Part shown: positions 10,240-19,326 of the stretch, one piece after another
How positions within the stretch are numbered: position 1 is the stretch's first letter
Layout: each line of letters opens with the position of its first letter
NCBI GenBank assembly: GCA_036658935.1
Contig: JAVXDN010000002.1
Span: 1-39,507 of the forward strand
Length of the DNA: 39,507 bases
Origin: Bacilli bacterium
Lineage (GTDB): Bacteria > Bacillota_I > Bacilli_A > RF39 > UBA660
Reading direction: 5' to 3'
Notes under the pieces: model-generated
Databases searched by the model: none
Told to the model about the DNA's origin: nothing
Seen by the model: only the letters and a program-made list of their open reading frames with translations
Position numbers and translations under genes: made by a program

Positions 10240-12270
10240 ATGAGAAATAAAAAAGATGTAAAATTATATCTAATTATCGGAATAATTGCATTATCAGTTA
10301 TAGGATTAATTATAGGAATAATTATATATTTTAATAGTTCTAAAAAGTCTTATACATTTATAGAGAAAAAATGGATTAATGATAATATTAATAATGTTAT
10401 AGATATAAGTGTACCTGCTAACCTACCAGTATTCGCATCATCTGGTACAGGAGTTTTCTATGACTTTTTAAAAGACTTCTCAAAAGACACTAATCTTACA
10501 TTCAATAAAGTAAGTAATAAAGAAACATCATATTCATTTAATGTAAAAAAAGATCCAAACAAAAAAGATGTTGTTTTATATAAAGATCATTATGTAGTAG
10601 TAAGTAAAACTAATATTAAAGTATCATCATTAAATGACTTACAAAATCATAAAATAGCAGTCTTAGAAAATGATCTTACAAGTATTTCAGAGTACTTAAA
10701 TACAACAAATGGAATATCTATAACATCATATAGAACATTAACAGAAATCAAAGAACAACTAGAAGATTCTGCCTCATTTGCAATTATTCCACTTAACTCA
10801 TCACTACAAGAAATAGTAGAACAAAATTACAACATAGTTTATCATTTAGATGGATTGAATGTTTATTATACTTTAAGTACTCCTGGAACTAATGATAAAT
10901 TTAATAGTATATTAAATAAATTTTATACAAAATGGAAAGACAAAGAAGAAAAATTAAGAAATAAATACATATTAGATATTTATTACAAATCCAAAGGATT
11001 AACAGAACTAAAAAAAGAAGAAATAATGAAAGATGATTATATTGTAGGATATATTAAGAGTCTACCTTACGAAGGAAACGTTCATAATAAATTTAGTGGA
11101 ATAACTGCTGGATACTTAGAAGGCTTTTCCGAGTTTTCAGGTTCAACTTATAAATATAAAGAATATAAAAGTGTTGAAAAACTAGCTTCTTCATTAAACT
11201 CTAAGAAAATAGATATAAATCTTAATTATTATGGTTTATCATCTTCATCATATGATGTCTCTCCAACACTAGGATCTATTGATTATTATGTTTTATTAAA
11301 TAATAAAAATAACCTAATAATAGATAGTCTTTCATCATTAAAAAATGAAAAAGTATTAATGCTATCAAATACAATATTAACTAGAGAATTAAATAACACA
11401 GGACTTCTTAATATAAAAGAAAGTGGTTTCTCTAAACAACTATTAAAATCATTAAATAATAGCTCAATATTAATAGTAGATAAAGAATTTTATGATTTAT
11501 ATAAGACAACAGAACTAAAAGAATTTAAAATTGGATATAAAGGAAATGTAGATGCATATAATGAATTTCTACTTAATAATTCAAACACTGAATTCAATAA
11601 ATTATTTAATTTTTACTTAAGTATAACAAGTCCTAACATGATAAAAGCAACAGCTGTATATAACACTGCATCTAACTTAAACTCTAATTTATTTACACGC
11701 TTTATTATAAAAAATATTTCATATATAGTTATATGTGTCTTAGCATTAGCATTCTTCTTCTATAAATTTAATCAAAAAATACAAATATCAAAGAAAATTA
11801 AAAAAGAAGATAAATTATTATATCTTGATGTAATGACTAACTTAAAGAATAGAAATTATTTAAATGAAAATATAGAATATTGGGAAGAAAATAAAGTATA
11901 CCCACAAGCTATAATAACAGTAGACTTAAATAACATAAAATCTTTAAATGATCTTCATGGTCATGAAGAAGGAGATAAACAAATAAAAGCAGCATCTAAC
12001 ATATTAATTAAAACTCAAAGAGAAAACTCTGAGATAGTTAGAACTGATGGAAATGAATTTCTAATATACATAATTGGTTATAATGAAAATATGGTAACTA
12101 CTTATATACATAAATTAACAAAAGAATTTAGATCCCTTCCATATAGTAATGGAGCATCTATTGGATACTCTATGATAGAAGATGAAATAAAAACAATAGA
12201 TGACGCTATAAACGAATCATTAATAATGATGAGAAAAAACAAAGAGGTACAAAGTGAGAACAAGGCTTAA
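10240..12270 (+). CDS. Membrane sensor with extracytoplasmic solute-binding-like domains and a C-terminal GGDEF domain carrying a degenerate active site (DGNEF)
   Basis: N-terminal TM, a ~460-aa ectodomain (KIAVLENDLTSISEYL is SBP-like) and a second TM. The GGDEF fold follows: DVMTNLKNRNYL, VDLNNIKSLNDLHGHEEGD, RTDGNEFLIY. The signature reads D-G-N-E-F where GG[DE]EF is expected (12046-12060). Confidence 0.8.
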   Translation: MRNKKDVKLYLIIGIIALSVIGLIIGIIIYFNSSKKSYTFIEKKWINDNINNVIDISVPANLPVFASSGTGVFYDFLKDFSKDTNLTFNKVSNKETSYSFNVKKDPNKKDVVLYKDHYVVVSKTNIKVSSLNDLQNHKIAVLENDLTSISEYLNTTNGISITSYRTLTEIKEQLEDSASFAIIPLNSSLQEIVEQNYNIVYHLDGLNVYYTLSTPGTNDKFNSILNKFYTKWKDKEEKLRNKYILDIYYKSKGLTELKKEEIMKDDYIVGYIKSLPYEGNVHNKFSGITAGYLEGFSEFSGSTYKYKEYKSVEKLASSLNSKKIDINLNYYGLSSSSYDVSPTLGSIDYYVLLNNKNNLIIDSLSSLKNEKVLMLSNTILTRELNNTGLLNIKESGFSKQLLKSLNNSSILIVDKEFYDLYKTTELKEFKIGYKGNVDAYNEFLLNNSNTEFNKLFNFYLSITSPNMIKATAVYNTASNLNSNLFTRFIIKNISYIVICVLALAFFFYKFNQKIQISKKIKKEDKLLYLDVMTNLKNRNYLNENIEYWEENKVYPQAIITVDLNNIKSLNDLHGHEEGDKQIKAASNILIKTQRENSEIVRTDGNEFLIYIIGYNENMVTTYIHKLTKEFRSLPYSNGASIGYSMIEDEIKTIDDAINESLIMMRKNKEVQSENKA

Positions 12271-13192
12271 AAAATACTTTAATGAATTTTTTAATATTTT
12301 AGCGAGGAAAGAGATGCTCATATTACCAGGGCATCTTGCATATTTCTTCGTTCTTTCTATAGTTCCAATAATAACAATAATATTTTTTATAGCAACATCA
12401 TTCCATTTACCACTAGATACAATATTAAACTTTATAAAAGATAACTTTTCAACTGATATACTAAAATTATTAACACCAATTATAACTGAAAGTTCACTTA
12501 GTATAGAATTTGTTATATTTTTGTGTGTAACTATATTTATCGCTTCAAATGGTGCTAACTCAATAATAATCGCATCTAATGAAGTATATAATATACCAGA
12601 TTCAAATTGGTTTAAAAGAAGAATAAAATCTATTGTAATAATATTTCTAATAATAATATTATTTACATTTATTTTAGTTGTACCATTATTTGGAGAATCC
12701 ATTTTAAAAGGACTAAGTTCTCTAGGAATAAATAATAACTTAATAACAGGATTTAGAACTATTTATCCAATACTAAATCTTCCTTTATCATTATTAGTAA
12801 TATTCTTCTTTATAAAACTAGTATTTACTATCGCACCTGATGAAAATATACCTAGTAGATATGTTAACAAAGGAGCATTATTTACTACTGTTTCATGGGT
12901 ATTAATCACTGCATGTTATTCATTTTATATAAATAACTTTACTTCCTTTTCTAAATTCTACGCAGGGCTTTCAACAGTAGTTATAATAATGCTATACTTT
13001 TATATAATGAGTGTTGTATTAGTTATTGGACTAGTTTTAAACCATAGAAACATGGAAATACAAATAGAAAAGACTAATGCATTAAAACTAGATGAATTAA
13101 GTAAGAAAGTACATGAAAATACATTAAAACAAACAAGTGAAATAAACTTAAATGAATTAAGAGAAATAATTGAAGAAAAGCCTAATATTTGA
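12254..13192 (+). CDS. YihY/BrkB-family inner membrane protein
   Basis: GTG start after RBS agagg. Signature N-terminus LPGHLAYFFVLSIVPI and six or more TM segments. Overlaps the previous stop. Confidence 0.75.
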   Translation: MRTRLKKYFNEFFNILARKEMLILPGHLAYFFVLSIVPIITIIFFIATSFHLPLDTILNFIKDNFSTDILKLLTPIITESSLSIEFVIFLCVTIFIASNGANSIIIASNEVYNIPDSNWFKRRIKSIVIIFLIIILFTFILVVPLFGESILKGLSSLGINNNLITGFRTIYPILNLPLSLLVIFFFIKLVFTIAPDENIPSRYVNKGALFTTVSWVLITACYSFYINNFTSFSKFYAGLSTVVIIMLYFYIMSVVLVIGLVLNHRNMEIQIEKTNALKLDELSKKVHENTLKQTSEINLNELREIIEEKPNI

Positions 13193-13222
13193 TATACTTA
13201 TAACAGTGAAAAGGGAAAATAA

Positions 13223-15244
13223 ATGAAAATAAGAATAAAAAAATTAACTAATAAAATTTTTAATAGCATAAAAAAATATTTTACTACAAATGTATTATTT
13301 ATAACATTTGTGATTTTTACGTTGCTTATAGATATAATATTAAGATTTACTACTGTAGGATTAGTAGTATCTATTAGACCTATTATTTCAGATATGGCAT
13401 TCGCTCTATTTATAGGAAGTATAGGATATTTAATAAAACCAAAAAATCAAATTAAATATTATTTTATATTAACACTATTATTTAGCTTTCTAGCTATAGT
13501 GAACTCAATTTATTATAGTTTCTTTATGTCATATATTTCAGTGAACTTATTATCTACTCTATCAATGGTAGGAGAAGTAACTGGAGCAGTGTCTAGTAAA
13601 CTGAATTTAAAACATTTTATATACATTATATTCCCAGTAATGTTACTTTTAATACACTATGCACTTAAGAAAAGAAAATATTATAAAGAGATAACTGCTT
13701 TAGTAAATGGAAAAATAATGATAAAAAAGACATTATTATCAGCATTATTATTAACTTGTGTTCTAGCTATTACATTAAGAGGAAACGACATATCAGCATT
13801 TCAAAAACAATGGAATAGAGAATATGTGGTACAACAATTCGGAATATATGTATACACAATAGATGACTTAGTACAAAGCTTAGAACCTAAATTTACTTCA
13901 TTATTTGGTTATGATGAAGCAGCTCGTGAATTTAGAGAATTTTATTCAAAAAGAGAATATTATAAAGAAAAAAATAAATTCACAAATGAATTTAAAGGAA
14001 AAAATATAATATTTGTCCACATGGAAAGTATACAAAGTTTCTTAGTAGATTTAAAAGTAAATGATATTGAAATAACACCAAATATAAATAGACTAACTAA
14101 AGAAGGAATATATTTCTCTTCGTTTTATCCACAAATTAGTGTAGGAACATCTGCAGATACAGAATTTACGTTAAATACTGGAATAATGCCTTCTTCTAGT
14201 GGAACAGTATTTGTTAACTTTTATGATAGAGAATATGAATCACTTGAAAAGAAATTCAAAGAAATGGGATATTATACTTTCTCAATGCATGCTAATAACG
14301 GAGACTATTGGAATAGAAACTTAATGCATAAATCACTTGGATATGATAAGTTTTATTCAAAAGATTCATTTAATGTAACTAAAGATAATAAAATAGGACT
14401 TGGATTAAGTGATAAAGAATTCTTTAATCAAGGAATACCAATAATTAAAAAAATATCACAAGATAATAAGAACTTCTTTGGAACAGTAATTACATTAACT
14501 AATCATTCACCATTTAGTGATCCAAAAGCATTTGGAGATTTAAATTGGAGTAAAACAGTTGATGTAGTAGATAATGGAGTAACTACACAAAAAGTAGTAC
14601 CATACTTAGAAGGAACAGAGATGGGAAACTACCTTAAAAGTGCACACTACGCTGATGAAGCATTAGGACAACTAATTAATCAACTTAGAAGTGAAGGAAT
14701 ACTAGATAACACTGTAATCGCTTTATATGGAGATCATGAAGCTAGAATGAATAAAAAACAATTTGATTATCTATATAACTATGACCTTCTAACTGAAAAT
14801 ATAAAAGATAAAGAAGATCCAACATATATAAGTTTTGATAATTATAAATCAGAACTAATGAAGAATACACCATTTATAATATATAATGGAACAAAGAATT
14901 ATAACTTAGAAGTAAAAAACGTAATGGGAATGTATGATGTTATGCCTACAATCGCTAATATGTTTGGATTTGATTTCAAATATGCTCTTGGAAATGATAT
15001 ATTTTCTAAATCAGAAAAAATAGTTATATTTCCTAATGGAAACTTTCTAACAAATAAAGTATATTATAATAGTTTAAGAGATGAATATATTTTATTAACT
15101 AACGAACCTATAGAAAGTGATTATATAGAACGACTTAAAAAATATACAGTAGAAAGACTAGATATATCAAAAGGGATAGTAGAACATAACTTAATAAAGA
15201 ATGAAAAAGAAAAATTGGAGGTCAGTATACATGAAACTAAATAA
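13223..15244 (+). CDS. ltaS: LTA synthase (LtaS) family sulfatase-domain protein
   Basis: Five N-terminal TM helices plus an extracellular sulfatase/alkaline-phosphatase fold: FVHMESIQSF, GTSADTEFTLNTG (Thr nucleophile region), TLTNHSPF, LYGDHE. Confidence 0.85.
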   Translation: MKIRIKKLTNKIFNSIKKYFTTNVLFITFVIFTLLIDIILRFTTVGLVVSIRPIISDMAFALFIGSIGYLIKPKNQIKYYFILTLLFSFLAIVNSIYYSFFMSYISVNLLSTLSMVGEVTGAVSSKLNLKHFIYIIFPVMLLLIHYALKKRKYYKEITALVNGKIMIKKTLLSALLLTCVLAITLRGNDISAFQKQWNREYVVQQFGIYVYTIDDLVQSLEPKFTSLFGYDEAAREFREFYSKREYYKEKNKFTNEFKGKNIIFVHMESIQSFLVDLKVNDIEITPNINRLTKEGIYFSSFYPQISVGTSADTEFTLNTGIMPSSSGTVFVNFYDREYESLEKKFKEMGYYTFSMHANNGDYWNRNLMHKSLGYDKFYSKDSFNVTKDNKIGLGLSDKEFFNQGIPIIKKISQDNKNFFGTVITLTNHSPFSDPKAFGDLNWSKTVDVVDNGVTTQKVVPYLEGTEMGNYLKSAHYADEALGQLINQLRSEGILDNTVIALYGDHEARMNKKQFDYLYNYDLLTENIKDKEDPTYISFDNYKSELMKNTPFIIYNGTKNYNLEVKNVMGMYDVMPTIANMFGFDFKYALGNDIFSKSEKIVIFPNGNFLTNKVYYNSLRDEYILLTNEPIESDYIERLKKYTVERLDISKGIVEHNLIKNEKEKLEVSIHETK

Positions 15245-15854
15245 AAAAAAGATATTAATAGTATCATTAATAGTTTTAGAAATAGGACTATTAAGTGTAC
15301 TTGGATTTAAAATATATCAAGATTTATTTAAAAAAGATAAAGAACAAGTTAAAAAAGAAAATCTAGATACTTTAAAATTATATGGATACACTTTAGATGA
15401 TAAAGATACTGATACATATAAAAAATACTTTAAAGAATTAAAAATCATATTGTCACGTGAAGAACAAAAAGAAGAAGAATATGCTAAAGTATTAACACAA
15501 TTATTTGTAACTGACTTCTTTACATTATCTAATAAACTAGCTTCTACAGACATAGGATCGTTAGAATTTATACATCCAAGTATAGTTGATAACTTTAAAT
15601 TAAATGCAGGAGATACAATCTATCACAGTGTTAAGAGTAATCTTTATGATGATAGAATACAAGAATTACCAACTGTAAAAAATGTATTAATTACTGACTT
15701 AAAAAAAGGTAAATATGAATATAATAAAAAGACATATGATTCATATATAATTACTTCTTCTTGGGAATATGATAAAGATCTAGGATATCAAACATCTGGA
15801 ACATTCACATTAATTAAAGATAATAATAAATTGAATATAGTAGAATTTAAGTAA
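15231..15854 (+). CDS. N-terminally anchored protein, unknown function, translationally coupled to ltaS
   Basis: ATG at 15231 after RBS ggagg (15216-15220). Overlaps the ltaS stop. One TM. Confidence 0.6.
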   Translation: MKLNKKKILIVSLIVLEIGLLSVLGFKIYQDLFKKDKEQVKKENLDTLKLYGYTLDDKDTDTYKKYFKELKIILSREEQKEEEYAKVLTQLFVTDFFTLSNKLASTDIGSLEFIHPSIVDNFKLNAGDTIYHSVKSNLYDDRIQELPTVKNVLITDLKKGKYEYNKKTYDSYIITSSWEYDKDLGYQTSGTFTLIKDNNKLNIVEFK

Positions 15855-15867
15855 CAGATATAAAATA

Positions 15868-15898
15868 AAAAGAATAAAGTTTTAAACTTTATTCTTTT
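15868..15898. terminator. Bidirectional terminator between convergent genes
   Basis: 14-bp inverted repeat aaaagaataaagtt / aactttattctttt flanked by A- and T-runs. Overlaps the 3' end of the LCP gene. Confidence 0.6.
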
Positions 15899-17832
15899 GG
15901 TTTATTAGGATCTTTTCCATTTCCAGGCTTAAGTGTATCATCTGGTTTAGTTATCTCTCCAGGAACTACTGGATCAGTCGGTACTATAGGATCAGGCTTA
16001 ATAGATGCCTTAGTTTTAACTACAACTAAATTAATAGATGAAGATATAGATGGAACAAAAGTTAATGAATGAATACTTTGAGATATAACTTGACCATCTT
16101 TCATAGACTTATTATATCTTGGATCAGTTTGATCAATATATTCTATTTTTAAACTAAGACCATTATTAGAACACCATGACTTAGCATATGCCTCAGTATT
16201 ACTAGTAAACTCTGGTAACAATTGTCTTCTTGGTTCATTAAATTGCTTATCACCAGCTATTTTTCTCTCATAAAGTTCATTAGCTGAAAAACTAAAAGTT
16301 TTAATAACTGGAGCTTCTAAAAGACCTAAATTAATTTTCATCATCTTAACTATTTCATCTAAACTTCCTTTAAAATTTTGAAAAGTATAAGTAGTATTAT
16401 CCATACTTGCTATATAAGGACTTAAACTATAACCCCTTAAAAAAGACTTTTCGATATTAACTAAATTATTGTCATTACTAAACATCATCTTTTTAGCAAC
16501 ACTATATAAAGATAAAATATCATCGGAACTCATATTAGTTTCCATATTTTTACTAATAGTATCAAGTATAGAATAAAACTTTTTAACACTAGTTACAGTT
16601 TTTGCTTTCTTAGCAATACCTTCAACTACTAACTGTTGATTTTGACCTCTTGTAAAATCTCCTAAAGAGAAAGTATGTCTATGCCTAGCTAAAGCTAAAG
16701 CTTGTTCTCCATTAATAGTTTGTGGTCCTGGTTCAATACAAATAAGACCTTTTCCATAATCCCTATTACTATCTTGTTCACAAATCTTATCAGCTAAATC
16801 AGGCTTAGGAACATCAACATATATACCACCCAAAGAATCAACTAACTCAACTACACCTTTAAAATTAATCTTAACATGATAATCAATTTTTAATCCAGTG
16901 AAGTTTTCAATAGTTCTAATCATACAACTAGTTCCACCCCAAGCAGCTGCATTTATCTTATTATATCCTCCACCACAACCCATTTTAACATAAGTATCTC
17001 TAGGAATACTAAACATTGTAGCATTCATAGTCTTAGGATTAAAAGTAATTAACATAATGGTATCTCCATTAAAAGATGCATTAGCAGCCAAACCTTCTTT
17101 TTCTGAATCAACACCAAGAATTAGTACAGTAAAAGGTTCAGTTAATTTCTTTGCACTTGTATTAGTATCTTCATTAGTAGGAACTTTCTCTATTATTTTA
17201 TTATAATTAAACACAACATGAACTTTCTTATCTATATCCTTATATTCCTCAATTGTACTAAACATATCTTTATAATTAGAACTTATAAATGCACTATCAA
17301 TCTTTTTATCATACAAAGCTTTAATTAAAGACAATGAATCTCCAAATGTAATAATTTCATTATCTTTTTCTAACTTATTTTTCTCTATTACTTCCTTAGG
17401 AAGAATATAATTTTCTATATCATTTTGATCATCAATAATACCTATCTTTACTTTCTTAATACTATTAATATCTTTATACTTAGAATCAATCGCTATTAAA
17501 GAAGTAGAATACTCATTAGGAGAAGTTGAAATATTATCTATTTTTCCATAAAGATTTAATATAATAACACTTAAAACTATAAATATAATACTAAGTATAA
17601 TTGAAACAACACCAGACACTACAAATCTTTTATACTTAACAAATCTAATAGAATCAATAAGAGTAATTATTAAAAATACAACAACCGGTAACAATATTAA
17701 CAAAACTAAAGTTCTATAAACCGTCTCTACTCCTGTAAGTAAATATATTGAATAAGTAAGTGATAAATAACTTATAACTAAACAAGCTATTAAAATCACA
17801 TTAAAACCCATATATAATTTAATTTTTTTCAT
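15889..17832 (-). CDS. LytR-CpsA-Psr (LCP) family cell-wall glycopolymer transferase with extra N-terminal TM and accessory domains and a Pro-rich tail
   Basis: LCP core FTVLILGVDS...GDTIMLITFNPKTMNATMFSIPRDTYV...INAAAWGG...DYHVKINFKGVVELVDSLGG. Confidence 0.88.
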   Translation of the reverse strand: MKKIKLYMGFNVILIACLVISYLSLTYSIYLLTGVETVYRTLVLLILLPVVVFLIITLIDSIRFVKYKRFVVSGVVSIILSIIFIVLSVIILNLYGKIDNISTSPNEYSTSLIAIDSKYKDINSIKKVKIGIIDDQNDIENYILPKEVIEKNKLEKDNEIITFGDSLSLIKALYDKKIDSAFISSNYKDMFSTIEEYKDIDKKVHVVFNYNKIIEKVPTNEDTNTSAKKLTEPFTVLILGVDSEKEGLAANASFNGDTIMLITFNPKTMNATMFSIPRDTYVKMGCGGGYNKINAAAWGGTSCMIRTIENFTGLKIDYHVKINFKGVVELVDSLGGIYVDVPKPDLADKICEQDSNRDYGKGLICIEPGPQTINGEQALALARHRHTFSLGDFTRGQNQQLVVEGIAKKAKTVTSVKKFYSILDTISKNMETNMSSDDILSLYSVAKKMMFSNDNNLVNIEKSFLRGYSLSPYIASMDNTTYTFQNFKGSLDEIVKMMKINLGLLEAPVIKTFSFSANELYERKIAGDKQFNEPRRQLLPEFTSNTEAYAKSWCSNNGLSLKIEYIDQTDPRYNKSMKDGQVISQSIHSLTFVPSISSSINLVVVKTKASIKPDPIVPTDPVVPGEITKPDDTLKPGNGKDPNKPKE

Positions 17833-17914
17833 TCTTTTTTCCTCCGTTACTTATTATTTAATTATACAATAATATAATTATTTTGTATATTTAAAACTAT
17901 CATATTTACATAGA

Positions 17915-17942
17915 AAAAGTGGGTAATACTACTCACTTTTAT
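17915..17942 (-). terminator. Terminator of the cohesin-protein gene (minus strand)
   Basis: Minus-strand reading: gtgagta-gtat-tacccac stem (one mismatch), followed by TTTTTC. Confidence 0.5.
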
Positions 17943-19306
17943 AACTCATTAAGTTTATCCTTTGTACTTTTTTTCTTATCCTTAGTATTTCCATCATTTA
18001 TCTTTTCTATTCTTACTTTCTTACTTTTATCTTTCTTACTTTTCTTAGTTATTAATATAATTAAAATTAATACAAGTAATAAAGATTCACCTAAAAGTAC
18101 ATAAATAATAAATAAATAATTTTCATTTTTCTTATTAATATCCTTAATATCTTCTATGTTATATCTAGAAATAGTATTCTCTTCTTCATCAAATTGATAT
18201 AACATTTCTTTTCCTGACTCAATATTAATAGCATAAAACAAACTAAACTTATCACTTTTATTCTTCTTATAAACATCAACAAATTCTTCATTTATTTTAA
18301 TATTATATTTAGTATAATTCTTTAAATTAATACTCTTATCTTGAGGAAATACCACTAAACTATTAAACTTAACTTCTTTATAACCCTTATATGAATTATC
18401 TTTTTCATTATATACATATAACTTAATAACACCATCCTCATCTTTTAATCCTACTAAAGTAATATTAAGAATCTTAGAAGTAAAAGCCGGAACTTCAGTT
18501 CCATCAATTGTAACTTTAGTTAATTCAAAAGTATCAGGTTTAGTTAAACTACTTTCTCTTTTAACAACAGTTAAATTTTTATTATTGATTTTTATATTTA
18601 TTGGCTTATCATCAACCACATTTGCGTTGATAATATAAGTTTTAACGTTTCCATTTTGTGCGGTAACTTTAATCTCAAATTTATTATTACCCTCATTTAC
18701 ATCTTTTTCTCCAAGACCATCTATTCTTGCTGTAGAATCTTCTACACTGCCAGATATATTAATCTTTGTTTGATTACTTGGAAGACTTACATTATATTCT
18801 AGAGTATCTTTATTAAAAACAGGGTTAATTAAATAATTTTCTACAACTAAAGTACTTAAATTATTATTTTTTGAATATGAGGCTTCTATTTCTTGTTGTG
18901 TTGAAGCTTTAATAGAAGCTGGAGACACATTAATTCCCATATGAGCTTCAGTTGAATAATCAAGAACATCACTTGCACTTACATTAACACTACTAGTTCC
19001 AGAAGCAAGTACTTTAAAAGTAAATGATTTTACTGAAGAATAAGTACTTGAATTAGAAGGATACCAAACATTATATTCAGAACCACTAGTAAGCTTTAAT
19101 TTATTATTATCGTAACTTAATTTATATTCATAAGTTCCAAGAGCGGAAGATGAAGACACCTTAACACTAACAGTAATAGAATTACCCACAACTGGTCTAT
19201 AATTTGTAGAACTAATATTAATACTTGCAGAAGAAGCTTTTAAATTACTAATTCCTCCAAACATAATTAATATTCCTAAAACAATAAAACTACATATCTT
19301 TTTCAT
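17939..19306 (-). CDS. Membrane-anchored cohesin-like plus cadherin-like beta-sandwich protein
   Basis: Signal peptide. Cohesin-like module (VVGNSITVSVKVSSSSALGTYEYKLSYDNNKLKL). Cadherin-like module (NNLSTLVVENYLINPVFNKDTLEYNVSL...KFEIKVTAQNGNVKTYIINANV). C-terminal TM and Lys-rich tail. Confidence 0.65.
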   Translation of the reverse strand: MKKICSFIVLGILIMFGGISNLKASSASINISSTNYRPVVGNSITVSVKVSSSSALGTYEYKLSYDNNKLKLTSGSEYNVWYPSNSSTYSSVKSFTFKVLASGTSSVNVSASDVLDYSTEAHMGINVSPASIKASTQQEIEASYSKNNNLSTLVVENYLINPVFNKDTLEYNVSLPSNQTKINISGSVEDSTARIDGLGEKDVNEGNNKFEIKVTAQNGNVKTYIINANVVDDKPINIKINNKNLTVVKRESSLTKPDTFELTKVTIDGTEVPAFTSKILNITLVGLKDEDGVIKLYVYNEKDNSYKGYKEVKFNSLVVFPQDKSINLKNYTKYNIKINEEFVDVYKKNKSDKFSLFYAINIESGKEMLYQFDEEENTISRYNIEDIKDINKKNENYLFIIYVLLGESLLLVLILIILITKKSKKDKSKKVRIEKINDGNTKDKKKSTKDKLNEL

Positions 19307-19326
19307 ACTTTTAATTCACTCCTTTT

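Noticed and set aside
12220-12702. 160-aa minus-strand ORF antisense to the YihY-family gene. The other antisense ORFs are of the same kind: 1126-1323, 1744-1926, 5375-5599, 7239-7517, 7666-7848, 15317-15553, 17919-18104, 23768-23950, 24677-24862, 26759-27058, 31530-31733, 32991-33236, 36634-36834, 37381-37584, 38809-39108 and 39124-39306.
   Set aside because: All lie within well-supported genes on the opposite strand and have no recognisable motifs or start signals. Such ORFs are typical artefacts of AT-rich genomes.
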